64,000 nt of DNA, taken from positions 51,832,001-51,896,000 of the forward strand of contig OX597828.1 in the NCBI GenBank assembly GCA_951406725.2, read 5' to 3'. This stretch comes from Octopus vulgaris. Lineage: Eukaryota. Within the stretch, counting starts at the first letter, position 1; each line of letters opens with the position of its first letter. This document shows positions 41,023 to 55,750 of the stretch, in pieces. The notes under the pieces were generated by a model that was given only the letters and a program-made list of their open reading frames with translations, did not search any database and was not told the origin of the DNA. A program made the position numbers and the translations under genes.

Positions 41023-42544
41023 ATATATGCACACATACACAAACACACACAGACGCACACATACACACATATATATATATAAATATGTTGAGTGAAACAG
41101 CCTGCTACTTACAAGCATGTGCTACTTATGTAATTATATTTTCAAGTAGTTAACGTTTACATGCTATGAGTATATACATCTTTATATATGCATATGCATA
41201 TATGTGTGTGTGTGTGTGTGTGTGAGTGTTTGTGTAACGTTAGATATTACCTTAGTGCATGCGCGTGCGTGTGTAATAAACAATCGTTTCACATCAAAAT
41301 AAACCAATTAACAGAATAACGGGAATAACAGCATAACGAATCAGTCGAACCGCAGATTTTCGGTAACTGACGCACTTACACACGGAGAAGGCTTTGAAAA
41401 ACGAGAAACTAAAACAAAGACAAAATTGTTTTTTACCACAAAGTATTTTCGCAAAGACAGATATACAAATAATATAAACATAAGAGAATAAAGTTGTTTT
41501 TTGTAATCCTCAACGGTATCCTATGTGCAAAACAACCATAAACAGATTCGCCTGGCTTCTACACAATAATCTTCTACATACATCAGTATGAAGCAAAAGT
41601 AATATAGCTTTAATTGTTATATGTATACAAGTGTATATATAGGCGTAGGCAGGGTCGTGTGGAGCAGGCAAAAACGTTAGCACGCAGGGCGAAATGCGGA
41701 GCCGTATTTCGTCTGCCTTTACGTTCTGAGTTCAAATTCTTTGTAAGCCTAGTATTCATTCTAGCGGTCTCTTTTGCCGAACCGCTAAGTTACGGGACGT
41801 AAACACACCAACATCGGTTGCCAAGCGAAGGTGAACACACTCAACAACCTATCTCTATTCTATCTCTATTCTATCTTGTTCTTCTTCCTTTCTGTTTTTT
41901 CTCCCAGTTTTTCTCTAATGCTTCTCCTCTCCCATTCACCGTTTCCTCTCTCTATCTCTCTCTCTCTCTCTCACTCTTCCTCTTTGACTTTCTCGTTGCT
42001 CACACATCATCAACGGCTAGCTATCTTTCTTTCTTCCACTTCCTTCCTAAAGACAAGACGTGCTATTGTCTGTCTCTTCTCAGAGCTCATTTTTCCAGCC
42101 TTCACCACTTCATCTCGTTATGGCTTAACAGCCCCCACCCCCGTTTGTTTTTACTGTTTTGTTCTTACTGTCCTGTTTTCGTTATCACTTTAACCCTTCG
42201 CAAAAAATCCCAAATTTCATTTAATTTGCTTTGCGGGAAGGACTGTTTTAACGAAGTCGCATCTTGTTCTTAACTTCGAAATGCGGAGTAGATAAAACAG
42301 GGGACAACTGATGAAGGGTATTTTCTTTATGCTGCCTGTCTCGCTTTTCAATTTGTTTCTTTCGTTGTTCGAAAAAATGTTCGTTTTCCAGTCTTTTGTT
42401 TTTTATGTTTTCGTTTCTCATTTTGTTCACATTTTTTGACGTCCTGTACCTATATATGCATGTATACATACATGTATATGTAGGATTGTACATGTGTGTG
42501 TGTGCATATATGCATACATGTATATATTATTTATTTATATATAT

Positions 42545-42705
42545 ATTTACGGGTTTCATTCAGTTTCCATCTACCAAATTCACTCAAAGCTTTGGTCGGC
42601 CCGAGGCTATAGTAGAAGACAATTGCCCAAGGTGCCACGCAGTAGGACTTAACCTGGACCCATGTGGTGTGGAAGTGAGCTTCTTACCACACAGCCACTC
42701 CTGCG
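42545..42705 (-). mobile_element. 5' half of 16446-type SINE (similar remnants at 26050-26185, 45415-45578, 50100-50255)
   Basis: ccgaggctatagtagaagac..gcccaaggtgccacgcagt..cttaccacacagccactcctgcg. Confidence 0.8.
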
Positions 42706-42928
42706 AAATATATATATTTCGTCTATTGAAAGAACCTTTTACTGAAATTCAGAGAAATAAATTTTCGTTAGATTTGAAAACTTAGTTGATTCAATGAAAA
42801 TATTTGAAAATCACATTTATGAGATAAAAAATTATTTTATATAGTATAGTTTCAATCTGCAGATTAAAACTGACGTCTTGAAAAAATTTCCTTCCTTCAG
42901 GTTTTTCTTATTCAAATGTTTCTTCATG

Positions 42929-43009
<81 letters not shown>

Positions 43010-43285
43010 CTATCAATGTATATATTTATGTATACATCTATATATGCATATATATATATGTGTGTGTGCGTGTATGTATGTATATTTGTATGTGTGTACA
43101 CATGTCTCAATACACTCGCATAAGTAAAGAGAAAAAGAAAGAGAAAGGAAAACTTTTTTGACGGTTGTTCAGTTTCCAAAGAGATTTTCTTGATATGGCT
43201 AGCATGTCGAATGGCAACATAAGAGCTAAAACTTCTAGCAATAGTTAAGCACTCGATCAAGGGTTTTTACATTGAAAGAATATTT

Positions 43286-43336
<51 letters not shown>

Positions 43337-44698
43337 TGTGTTTGTGTGTGTGAAAGCGATTGGAGACGGGACACCTTCACATTTGGTATCGAAACCCGGA
43401 TCTTGATTATCACCAGTGTATCGTGGCATCTGCTGCACATACATTATTTCTGTAAATACTGAAACGTTTCTTTGCTTAAAAAAATATTCGATCTTAAGAA
43501 TTTAAACATCATGATGTGATAGTGAAATTCGTAAAAGAATGAAAACATGAATATTAAAATGTAACGAGAGCTAAAAGAAAAAACTGGATTGGGAAGACTC
43601 TGTAACAGGTGTTTGTGAAATTTACGGTGTGGAAAAGAAATGATTTAACATACGTAAATCAAATGTAGATACCAATATTTTTTCTGTAAAATACATTTCT
43701 ATCGCAGAATATATCTCTGTAGTCCAGACTGTGAAAACGATGAAAGGTAAATAAAAATTGGATATTCAGTGTGATAATTTAATACTATATTATACAGCAG
43801 AGTATTGTGGTTTCATATTTATCATTAAAATCTATATAAAAATGGTCACAAGGCAATGAACTGTCGGCATTAGCAGCAGATTCTATAAATCGCTCAGCGT
43901 CAGTATTTATAGAAAAGCTTTCAGTGCCGTTGTTCCATTAAGTCAGGGTTGCAAAGATGCAAGAGATATCTCATTTCCTATATGTAAAAACTGATAGATG
44001 TACAAACTTCAGTATTCAAAGTTATACAAATGCCTGCAGTAGATGCAGTGGCGTCAGTACAGGCATTTGTGTACCGCCCATCCATCTAAAGTGCGGATGA
44101 AGTACTGCAACAAAGCTTAGGTTTCAAAGTCTTATAGCTCTTGAATTCTCTATCAAAAGAAGTGAGAAACCTAAGTAATGTGGATGCGAATATGCGCGAT
44201 ATCGGACGAGCCAATGCCTCGGTATGAAGTTCGGAAATGGTTAAAGAAATCAACATACAGTAAACAAACCAACAACGAGGAAACAATGCACATGCAAGAG
44301 CAATGATATGAAATCCCAACACCCAGAAGAAATCAACTACATAAAAGCGCTCTGGAAGGGGTACAAAGGCACAACGGTGCTCTGGCATCATCGCAGCCAT
44401 GTGACTGGAACACGCAAACGAATAACAGAATATATATGTGCGTGTGTGTATGTATGTGTGCGTATATAGCTATATAGGTTATCAGGAGAGGAAAGCAATC
44501 AAAGCAGTCCCCTTGATCTGTTATAGGGGCTCCAAAATAGGTTTCAACAAAACCACAATCTACCAGGTGTTTGTGTAAACCGGCCAGTGGATTTTGCTTG
44601 CAAGTCAAGTAGGTCATGGATGGATTTGATCTCAGATCCAAAAGCACAGTAAGGCATTCTTTCCAGTACTTTGATGACTTTGCCAGTTGACTACCTTA

Positions 44699-44798
<100 letters not shown>

Positions 44799-44943
44799 GT
44801 CTGTCTGTCTGTCTGTTTGTCTGTAAGCGTGGTACTTATTCTATTGGGCTCTTGTGCCGAAACGCTAAGTTACGGGAGCGTAAATACACCAACATCAGTT
44901 CTCAAACGACGATGGGAAGGGATAAACACAAAGACACATACAT

Positions 44944-44998
<55 letters not shown>

Positions 44999-45616
44999 GA
45001 GAGAGAGAGATCAATAAATGGTGGGGTGACGCACGTGGAGAAATGATTAGAATTTTTTTAAAATGCAGACAAATGAAAGAAAATTTAAAAATGAGAAAAT
45101 GACAATTCTGATTTTAAAGATTTGGACAGATAGACGATACAAAGGTGGACAAGAGAAAGAACAATTAGAAGGACAGGTGGAAAAAGACCGCTCATTCGTG
45201 GCCTCTCTCTTCAGTCAAGTTACCAGAAGTCCTTACTGTTTCAGGCAGTTACGCGTGCGATTGTTCGATTTGTTTGCCCCACCAAAAGCTTAGCTATGAG
45301 CATTAGATCTTTTTGTAAGGAAGCTAGCGAATGTGCACGCCAACAAAAACAAAAAAAAAGGAGAACATGGTACACAACTGCAAATACAAACAAGAATATA
45401 ACAACATGTGTCTTTTGACCGACGGGCTTCTTCCAGTTTCCGTCTACCAAATCGACTCACAACGCTTTGGTTGGCCCGATGCTATTGTTGAATATGTTTG
45501 TTCAAGGTGTCACGCTGTAAGACTGAACCCAAACTTATGTGGTTGGGAAGCGAGCTTCTTATCCTACAGCTACGCCTGATCCTACACACTCACATACACA
45601 TGCACACACTAATATA

Positions 45617-45681
<65 letters not shown>

Positions 45682-45698
45682 AAATATGGAAATATATT

Positions 45699-45737
<39 letters not shown>

Positions 45738-45780
45738 ATATATATACTTACTTATACTGGTTGATAGCTAGCTAGCTAGC

Positions 45781-45826
<46 letters not shown>

Positions 45827-45885
45827 CATACATACATACATACATACATACATACATACATACATACATACATACATACATACAC

Positions 45886-45932
<47 letters not shown>

Positions 45933-46879
45933 TAGATGGAGAGAGAGAGTGCTAGATGAAGCAGAATATGGAAAGCGTGTATCGATTTATATATAAATAT
46001 TTACATAATACTCTCGCACTAAATGAAACAGAAATTAACTTAAAATGCCGAATCTCCCAAAATTTAATTCCTAGTTATAAGCTCTGATATATATATTGAT
46101 ATTATTAGAGCTGCATCTATTTTTATGTTTGACGTTATTGTTGTGGTTTTATCTGTCACTTTTGATGTTAGTGCAGCTGTTGATTGAGATTGATGTTGCC
46201 GCTGTCACTATATTTAGCGATAGTGTTGTTCTTCATCATCTTCTCTTCTTCTTACTGTTTCTTTAATGTTATTATCCTGGTTGTTTCAGTTGCGGCTACG
46301 TCTAATGTTGTATCTACTGCAGAATTTTTCCCATTTGACGATGCAGCTGGACCTGTTGCTATTTAGATGTTGTAACAATTGTACTTGATGCTGGCACTCC
46401 TGCTGCTGCTGATGCTGCTGATGCTGCTACTGCTGCTGCTGACGATGATGATGATGATGGCGGTGATCGTGATGGTACTGCTGCTGCTGCTGCTGTTGCT
46501 GAAATGTTTACATGTGCCGATGTCTAATTATTTCTATCGCCGCTAATGTTGCTCTTCCGTTTGTTGCTTAAATTCCTTTAATTAATACTGTGTAATGACC
46601 GTCTTAGATCTCAGAAGTAAAGCTTTTCCTCAAAGTCAAACTTACCCGCACATACACACACACACAGGCACACACACACACACACACGCACACACACACA
46701 AGCATACGCACACCCGTATACAAATAAACATAAATATACTTGTATGTACTTGTATGTACATGTATATACATAGATATACATACATACATATATACATATA
46801 TATACATACATACTTATATATATGTATGTATACACACACTCACACACACACACACACACACATAAACATATATATATAA

Positions 46880-47460
46880 GGGGAGACTTCATAAAAAAAC
46901 CAAAGACGAAGATAGTTGGTGTAGACAACAAAGAAATGTATGAGTTTCACGCTCGGGAATTGAAAACGTCTATAACGTTTCGAGCCAACGCTCTTCCACA
47001 GAAAAGAACACAAAAAGAAACAACAGAGAGAAAATAATGTGTAGTGGCTAGCGATCCACCATGGCGAATGCCGAGCAGAGGGGTCACACAGGAGAGCTAG
47101 GAAGAAAGGGAGATAATAAAGTAGTGGTGATTCCAAACCGGAGGTGCGCGTGTGTGTGTATAAGAGAGCATGTATGTGCGTGTGAAAAAAGGAGCATGTA
47201 TGTGGGTGTGGAAAGGGCTGGTGACCTTGACGTGTGCGTGTGTGGATGTGTAGGTGTGTGATGTGGGCGTGGGAAGTGGTCAGTGCTAGGGTCTGCGTGG
47301 TAGTGTGATGTGATGTGTTGAGGTGTTGTGTGGTATGGTGGTGTATGGTGTAGTAGTGCGTGATGTGGTGTGATGGTCGTGGGAGGTGGGGGAGGCAAGA
47401 GTGGGGAAAGCAAGGGAGGGGTGTGGGTGGGATGGTATGGATAGTGAAGGAGGGGTTGAT
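46880..47460 (-). mobile_element. Penelope-type non-coding element/pLTR in (TA)n with hammerhead-like motif
   Basis: Minus: ctgtggaaGAGCgttgGCTC GAAA CG TT; terminal ~180 bp homologous to 29371-29562; (TA)n on both sides. Confidence 0.6.
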
Positions 47461-48044
47461 ATATATATATATATATATGTGTGTGTGTATGTATGTTGTT
47501 AAATGCTCGAAATACGAGACTAGGACAACACCCAACAACTGATGGAAAGTCGTTCTTTATGTTGTTTGTCTTGTTTCAAATTTGTGTCTTTCGTTGTTCG
47601 AAAAAATATTTAATATACCATGTACTCGTACTTTGTACTTTTTTGTTGTACAATTTTCGTGACGTCCTGTGCACACATATGCATGTATATATGTATGTAT
47701 ATATATGAAACAAGTAATTTAGACGTTTACATGTGATTGGGTGTCTCCACCTAATAACTTGTCAACATCTAATTATTAAAGTGTAAAAATTATCTGAAAA
47801 GTCATTTATCTTAATTTTTTCAAATATATAATTCTGTACCAAGGACATTCTATTTCCTATTCTACTATAGATACACACGCACACACACACATTATATATG
47901 TGTGTGTGTATAGTATGTTTATATACACATATACACACATATATATATATGTATACACACACACATGCATACACACATACATATATACATACACCTACAC
48001 CTACACATACACACACTCACGCACACGCACACACATACATAAAC

Positions 48045-48960
48045 AGTAGAGTAACATAATCTTTGCAAATGATTCCGAAATCTAGAAAGTCATCAATCAA
48101 GTGGGTGACCAGACATACCTTCAATCAGATCTTCTGGCTGTTGTCCAAAAGAATAATATGCTGCTGAAAGAGGATAAATTTGAATTAATTCCCTTTAGAA
48201 AAGAAGATACTCTGATGCTCCCATACTCCCTTCCTGCAGGTGAAACTCTCATGGCATCCATCAACATCAGAGACTTGAGAATAATTTTGGAGAATAACAT
48301 AAGCTGGGCCGCTCATATTAACAGTAAAATTGACATGGCGCGAAGAATGTATTCCTGGATTCTCAGAACCTTTGCAGGCGAGAGACATCCACACCATTAT
48401 CCTTCTCTTCCCCACTTTTGCCAGACACCTCCTTGAATACTGTTGGCTACTGTGGTCTCCCCACACGAAACAAAGTATGAAAAATGAAGCACCACAAAAG
48501 TTAATTACAAAAACGATTGATGGCATGACTAGCATTGACTATTAGGGTCGATTAGATAAAGCTCGAGTTTTATTCTCTCCAACGCCGCTGTGAGCACTAC
48601 ATCATCGGCATGAAGTGTTGACATCACCTTTAAAATACATCCCAGACTTGGGCCCCGTGCTATCCGCCTACAACATAAATCACACTCGCATCTCATAACA
48701 ACAATACGGCACAATTATTTCACCTCAATTGGCCCCGCTCTCTTTAACATTCCATCAAAATACATTAAGACAGAAACATACCTCATGAAGTTAAAGAAGT
48801 CTTCGGACAAATTCCTTCAAGAAATCTCGGATATGTTTCCGTAAACAACTTCTCTCCACATGAGTAGGCCATGTCGTCTGATTACTGATTTGAATGACTT
48901 CCTCCAGGTGGTGCTATTAAGTTAGACATGGCCCTGATCAATACTGGTGGACACCTATCA
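48045..48960 (+). mobile_element. Decayed CR1/L2-group LINE, RT C-terminal region and 3' end
   Basis: LQSDL..NNMLL..KFELI; IRDLRIILENNISWAAHIN..ARRMYSWILRTF; LLEYCWLLWSPH; YSLQRR; IGPALFN motifs across frameshifts. Confidence 0.85.
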
Positions 48961-49265
48961 AATTACTCATAATGTTTGGGTCAATTTCAGGCAAATAGTA
49001 GAATAAAGCCATTAGCCACGCCAAGTTCTCCACGCAGTGAGTTCAAGCTTAGGACGTAGATACTACTAAGTGAATCTCTTAAGATTCTGCTGTAAGCGCA
49101 GAATGGTTTAAGATTTCAACACCAACGTCTCAGTTGGTTGGACACCCATAGTCTATTTAAGGGTTGATCACAACTCAGTAAACCAACGAGATTTAGCATA
49201 AATTATGCAGTGACTATCGGAATAAATTCAATCGTACATATAGAGAATATAGAGTTTGGTATTTT

Positions 49266-49481
49266 ATTTATTACACACGAATAAACGGCTATATTTTATT
49301 AACCCAATAACTAAATTCTTCACGTTTAGTTGTAACTTATGAATGACAAAAGTAGTGCCGTCACCGTGACCTCGGGTCATCACCATGGATTGACCAATCA
49401 GAAGCAGCGCTCGCAGTATCTAACATATGTTAGATACCAAAAATATCTCAAAGTGTTCTCACTCACATGTGTGTAATAAAT
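49266..49481. mobile_element. Small non-autonomous element with 13-bp terminal inverted repeat and internal perfect palindrome
   Basis: atttattacacac ... gtgtgtaataaat; internal 22-bp palindrome gtatctaacatatgttagatac (49416-49437). Confidence 0.5.
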
Positions 49482-49909
49482 TATATTTCAATATTGCTTA
49501 AAACCGAGATATTTCTTCAAAAGTTTCACTTATCACCAGCTTAATATTGTTAAATAAATTATATAATCCCCTTTTAATCTGTTTTGAAAGTATATTACGT
49601 ATTGTGACTAGATATCGTATTCAATGCAAATGGTGGTCCCTTCTTGCTACGAGCAAGCTGAAGAAAATTTTACAGCGTTAACCTCTCCAACGTAGAAGTC
49701 ACACGAATAGCTCTTGTATATAGTTAAATACGAGATCATTATTCTCGAGGGTATGAGAGGATCAACATGTCACCCTTGTACATCTATCTCACTCTATTGC
49801 TCTCTCTCTCTCTCACTCTATTTCTCTCTCACTCTATTTCTCTCTCACTTTCTGTCCCTCTCATATACACATGCACACAGACATACAAACACATGTTAAC
49901 ATATATAAA

Positions 49910-50085
49910 TACTAGGAGATGCTGAAAAGTTCCTGGTTTTGGGTAAAAGAAAATACAGGAGGATCAATAAATTATGACTTTATTCCAAATACTCCTCTCT
50001 CAGATTCACACACTTATTGCAAATTTCTTGAATTTTTTTCTAAGCGCTCTAAAATAACTCAGAAAAATGGTCCTCCAACCAAGCC
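49910..50085. mobile_element. Probable mariner-type terminal fragment
   Basis: tactaggagatgctgaaaagttcctgg resembles mariner TIRs of the TACGAGGGG..GAAAAGTT type; the partner end is not seen. Confidence 0.45.
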
Positions 50086-50431
50086 TTTTTTCCCTTAATG
50101 ACAGGCTTCTTTCACTTTCTGCCTATCAAGTGTGCTCACACGTTTCTGGTCAGCCCGAGGCTATAGTAGAAGGCTCTTGGCCAAGGTGCCACGCAATGGG
50201 ACTGGACCTGGAACCAGGTGGTTGGTAAGTAAGCCTGCTACCACACAGCCACGCTCGTTGTGTTCTACGTTTATTTGTGGTATCCTGTACACATATATGC
50301 ATGTATATATACATATAGATGTAGGTATGTACATATATATATGTATGTATGTATATGTTTTATTTATTAAATTGTTATCATATGATTGAACGCTCGCGTC
50401 GTTTTCTTCTTCTTCCAAGTAAGTTTTATCT

Positions 50432-50477
<46 letters not shown>

Positions 50478-52595
50478 TGCGAGGGGATATTAAGACAAAG
50501 AGACTGCAAGCTTTTCGCCAAAGCTATATATGATGAATATTGTTGTATTTCGAGATGGTTACTTTTTTTGCTAAATAACCACGTGGACTAAATTAACAAA
50601 CCCACTACATACTTGTTGTTTACCTAAGATTTATTATTATCTTATTTTAGTGTCCTTTGTCTGAAATCTTTTGTCACATGTCCTCTGACCTCTTCTGCGA
50701 CTCGCCATTCCACCCGTCTCCTCTTGTTTTGTGAAGTCCATTGTCACTTTGGTGTTGTATCCTCATCTTCCGTCTGTATCTCTGAGTGCGTTCGTGCGTG
50801 TGTATATGTGTGTGTGTATGTGTGAGATACCTTGCGTGTCACGTGTGAGATACCTGTCTGTGTAAATTGTATGTGTGCTTTGTGTTTATATGTGGGTTTG
50901 CTTACTTTACTGTTTGCAGCCGTCTCCTGTATTTTGTCATTTGTTATTGATTTTCTCATTTATTTTTCTATATTTGTCTCTATCTGTCTTTAGTATCTGT
51001 ATGTGTCTTTCATGCGTATGTGTGTGTGTGTGTGGTTTTGTGCATTATTCTGTCTGTATTTGTCGTTTTTATTTTTTAAATTCTTTGCTTTCATTTTGTC
51101 TTTAGTTTTCCTGTTGCGTAGTGTCGTGGTGGTGGATGTTATTGTTTCATTCGTGCTTTCTGTTGAAGCTCGGTCTGTCTGCTTTTAAGTGTGTGGCCTC
51201 TGCAACTTTTTTTAAATTTCTTGTTTGTTCTATGTGGTGAAAATACCTTAACATTTATATTATTAACCGAGCGTTTCTGTTCTAATGAAGCATGTTTTTA
51301 GAGCACTGGCGAGTTTTTCTTCTCTTGGAGTCCCTGTCAGTGTTCAACTATTTGCTCTCCTATGCTATGTGCTGTCTCCCAAGTGTATGTTGTTGTCTTG
51401 CTTCTGGACCATCCCTCTGTACACCATATGCTATAGACTATATACCTAATCCTACAGATAACCTGTGGGTTCATCCTACACATTATACAATTGTTATTCG
51501 TACATGGGTGCCTTTTGAATGGTTGTGTTCTATAGATCAGAGATTTTATGAGGGTTTGTGACCTTTCTACTATTTAATTCGTAGATTTACTTATCTAATG
51601 TGTTCCTAAACAGACATGCTAGTTCGGGCGGCGCACACCGCACAGCGCAATAAATCCCACCTAAATCAAAGTACTAGACATCGCGGTTAAAGTCAGAATG
51701 AGGGGAAAAAATTAATTTAAAATTAATAAATATAAAAGCTACAGATTCAAACAGTATAATGCATAAACCATATACAAAAGACCCACATACACATACTTAG
51801 AACGTAATGGGGGAATATGGAGGAATAAATAAGGAAGTAAATGAAAAAAATCATAATAAATGACACGAATACAGTGTAGTTATCTTAACTCAGATACACA
51901 AAAACCCTTACAAAACACATAGAAACATGCACACATACGTACACACAAACACATAGATACATATACAAACGCATGCGCCGATGGGGACGCGTACTATAGA
52001 AATATAGAATGGACTAAACATAACAGGAAGAGATACATGGGATGGAGAGTGGCTAAAGAGGTCACAGGGTGTGTAATGGAAAATTTCAGAAAAATGACAC
52101 TAAAATACAAATGATACTAAAGCTGAAGTGAGGAATGAGTATATACCGTGTGTTTATTTGGCAAAGAAAAAGAAAACAACAATCCCGAAATTTAACAATA
52201 TCTGTTTCAATACACGATTTCACATCAAGAATCTTGCAAAGCAAATACATAAACGTAATAGTTGTTATGAAATATTTTACAAAATATTAAATAATTTTTA
52301 ACAATTGGAACAAAATAGAGGAGTAAACAATCGCTATTTCATTGAAGTTGGGATTTAAAAGGAAAGAAAATGTTTACATATCATTTGGCCTTGATGAAGA
52401 GCGCTATAGTTCAAAGCATCATGAAACCCTCCGCAGAGATATACAAAGAGCATTGAGAATTAAGGCAGCTTATATTTTGTCTTTGAAGTATATAAGGAAA
52501 AATAGCCAAAGGCAGAATTGTGAGACCTTTCAGTGATTAGGGCTGAGGTAACTTATTGCATGTGTATAGTTTACGTTCTCTTACTTTGTGATTGC

Positions 52596-52681
<86 letters not shown>

Positions 52682-52885
52682 GTGTGTGTCAGTGTGTGTG
52701 TGTATGCGTGCATGTTTGAGTGTTTGTGTGTGTTTGTGCGTGTATGTGTGTGTGCAAGTGTGTGTGTGTGTGAGTGAGTAATTGAGCGATAGACATGATC
52801 GATTTATTGATTTTGTGATCTTTTGGAAAAAAGGCTCATTGATGAATATTATCGTATTGATTGTGCTTAGGTAATTAAATGTATC

Positions 52886-52986
<101 letters not shown>

Positions 52987-53180
52987 ATACATATATACAT
53001 ATATATATACTTATATATACACACATATATATATACACATATATATATATTTATATATACATATACATATGTATATACATATATATATACATACATATAT
53101 ACACACATATATATATATATACATATATAATATACACATATATATTCTCACACATACACACACATATATATGCATTCATA

Positions 53181-53217
<37 letters not shown>

Positions 53218-53467
53218 AGATATAAACATATGCGTGTGTGTGTGTAATCAATTGTTATTCACATATCAGACATCTATCTTCCACCTATATTATACTCAAC
53301 AATAGATTCACAGATTCATGCGCTCACGCACACAAACCTCCCTCCGTATTCTTTCTGTCTCTATATATGTGTATATGCGTGTGTGCCTGTGTGAGCTTAC
53401 ATGCTTGTGTCTACGTGTGCGCGTATATATATATATGTACGTATGTGTATATATCTATATATGTATG

Positions 53468-53501
<34 letters not shown>

Positions 53502-53505
53502 CTTT

Positions 53506-53559
<54 letters not shown>

Positions 53560-54199
53560 CATATACATATACTTATACATATATTTACATATCCTTGCGC
53601 ACATCTCACATCTGTTGTGTTTAAATGTCAAGTGTTGTTATAATGAATAGGTCTCAAAATGGCGATTCGTCAGAGGGTTTTGTTCTGTTACAATACCGCA
53701 TGGCTCTTGATTGTAAAGAAATGATTAGATGTAGTAGCAACGAAATGCTACGTCTTTTAATCAGCCAATACTTGTCGTATTGTGTAGCCAATCAGTTTCA
53801 CAAAAGATCACAGCCTTCTTGACAGAAATGCAAAGTTGCATGCAAACAAAATTAAACTCAGATACAAAAAAAAAATAACGCATTGTAAAGTGCTTTATAA
53901 AAATGTTTATGGTTGTGTACTACAAGGGAATTTTATTGCATGTGTGGGGAGATTTATGAATAGAGAAGACAAATATATCATGGTATACGACGTCAAAGCG
54001 TATATATGAGTACGTGTGAAGGAGTATGTCAATATGGGTGCTTTGTGATTATCTATGTGGGGTATATTGTTTTGTTTATACGCAATAATTTCATATGAGA
54101 AAATGACACGGGAAGATTAATAAAGACTACAAATTTTCAAGATGTTTGTGTATAGAAACGGACATATTTTACAAAATCGCCGATGCCATATAATATCTA

Positions 54200-55340
54200 C
54201 TATTTAATTCATGCCACCCAAGGCACACCAAAAAAAACCCCTTCAAACATGCAAGAAAGATATGCACCATAGTCCGAAAAAGTACCAGACACTTTAGACT
54301 GCAAGAACTCAAAAACACCCTCATTGACAAACACTACCCAGTTCAACTCATAGAGGATGGAATCAGACGTGAAACTCAAATCGACGTAAAAACCTGAAGA
54401 AATGTTCAACATAGTGATACACCTTCCCCGAAAATACTGCCGTACACAACCGCATACAACTCCAGAAACTAAGAGGCCTTCATCATCATCAAGCAAAATC
54501 TTCCAATGCTACATAAGGACCCCAAATTAAAGGAAATTTTACTCACACATAAAATCATCAAAAGCCACAAACAACCGAAGTCACTGAAAAAGATCCTCGC
54601 TAGGGCAAAATTATTTTCTAAAATAACGGACGCAAAATTGAAAAAAATGTGATCGAACAAACTGCACAACTAGCCCAAATCTTCTAGAAGGATCAGAAAT
54701 CTTTTGTAAAGTGGGACATAAATTCAAAATCAAATCTGAATTTACTTGTACATCGGAAAAACTTATTTATGTTATAAGATGCACGGCTGCCACCAAATCT
54801 GCATAGGGTCCACGGGCTTATCGCTCAGACGCAGATGCACTCTGCACCGACAGCAGATTGCACTCTCAGAATACAGAGTGATACCCTTTAGTGAACACAT
54901 TGACAGATGCACAAAATAACTGCTAGCACAATTTGCTTCATTGAAAAATATAAGCCATAACTTAACCATTTCTACCATTTTTAAGTAAGGAAACTTACCT
55001 CATTGAAAGATATAAGCCAAAACTTAACCATTTGTAACATTTTATTCCATCAAAACCAAATCATGTTAAATTAACAAACCTAATCATTCCCAACATTTTT
55101 GATTATCTCCCTTATACTAAATATATCCCTGATTACCCCCCTCTGTTTCGAACTCATCTACATTACACCATAACGAATAGATATCTCAAAATCGGTAAAG
55201 AAATTAATGAAATTTCAAAAGAGAATATGAAACAGGTTATTTCTCCGAAAGCGCTGTCACTAAACACAAAATCTTATTACATTTTCTTGACATGACGGTT
55301 TTAATATATATGTTAACCATATAATACAACCATCTGTAGT
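54200..55340 (+). mobile_element. Decayed Penelope-like retroelement 3' portion (RT thumb/linker, zinc knuckle, GIY-YIG endonuclease, pLTR remnant)
   Basis: Frameshifted peptides IIKSHKQPKSLKKILARAK, KKCDRTNCTTSP, EFTCTSENL-YVIRC-GCHQICIGSTGLSLRRRCTLHRQQI..PFSEHIDRC (GIY-YIG-like); ..ctccGAAAgcgctgtc at about 55243. Confidence 0.82.
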
Positions 55341-55419
55341 TTTTGTCATTCTATTTTGTATTCTATACATCCAAGCACGTGCTTTGACATACCAACTGTC
55401 TCATCTAAAGATATATACG

Positions 55420-55452
<33 letters not shown>

Positions 55453-55654
55453 TGAAATAGAAAGATGAATAATCTTGTTGCAGATTAATCAAAAGTTTAA
55501 CCGATACCTTGGTAGCAAAAATCACAGCAGAAGACAGTACGGTTGGAGGTACAACCATATGGTGTTGCAACCGTGCGTTGGTGCGGATAATTGAATTTTA
55601 ATATTATTAGTGAATTGAAGAAATGGAGTTGAACGAAGATTGAATAGAAATCGT

Positions 55655-55750
55655 TTTATTGCATTATACACGTGTTTCGAAAGGCACAATTTACCAAATT
55701 CCGATTGAATAAGGAGACCATATTGTGTCTTTCTCTTCAGGAAGAAATAG
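55655..55750 (-). ncRNA. Hammerhead ribozyme motif in left arm (first stem I pair mismatched)
   Basis: Minus: CTGAAGA (55740-55734) GAAAGACACAAT...ATTGTGCCTTTC GAAA CACGTG TA taatgc AATAAA. Confidence 0.72.

Noticed and set aside
44086-44400. 104-aa minus ORF, or a possible LINE remnant on the plus strand
   Set aside because: No identifiable motif strong enough to assign.
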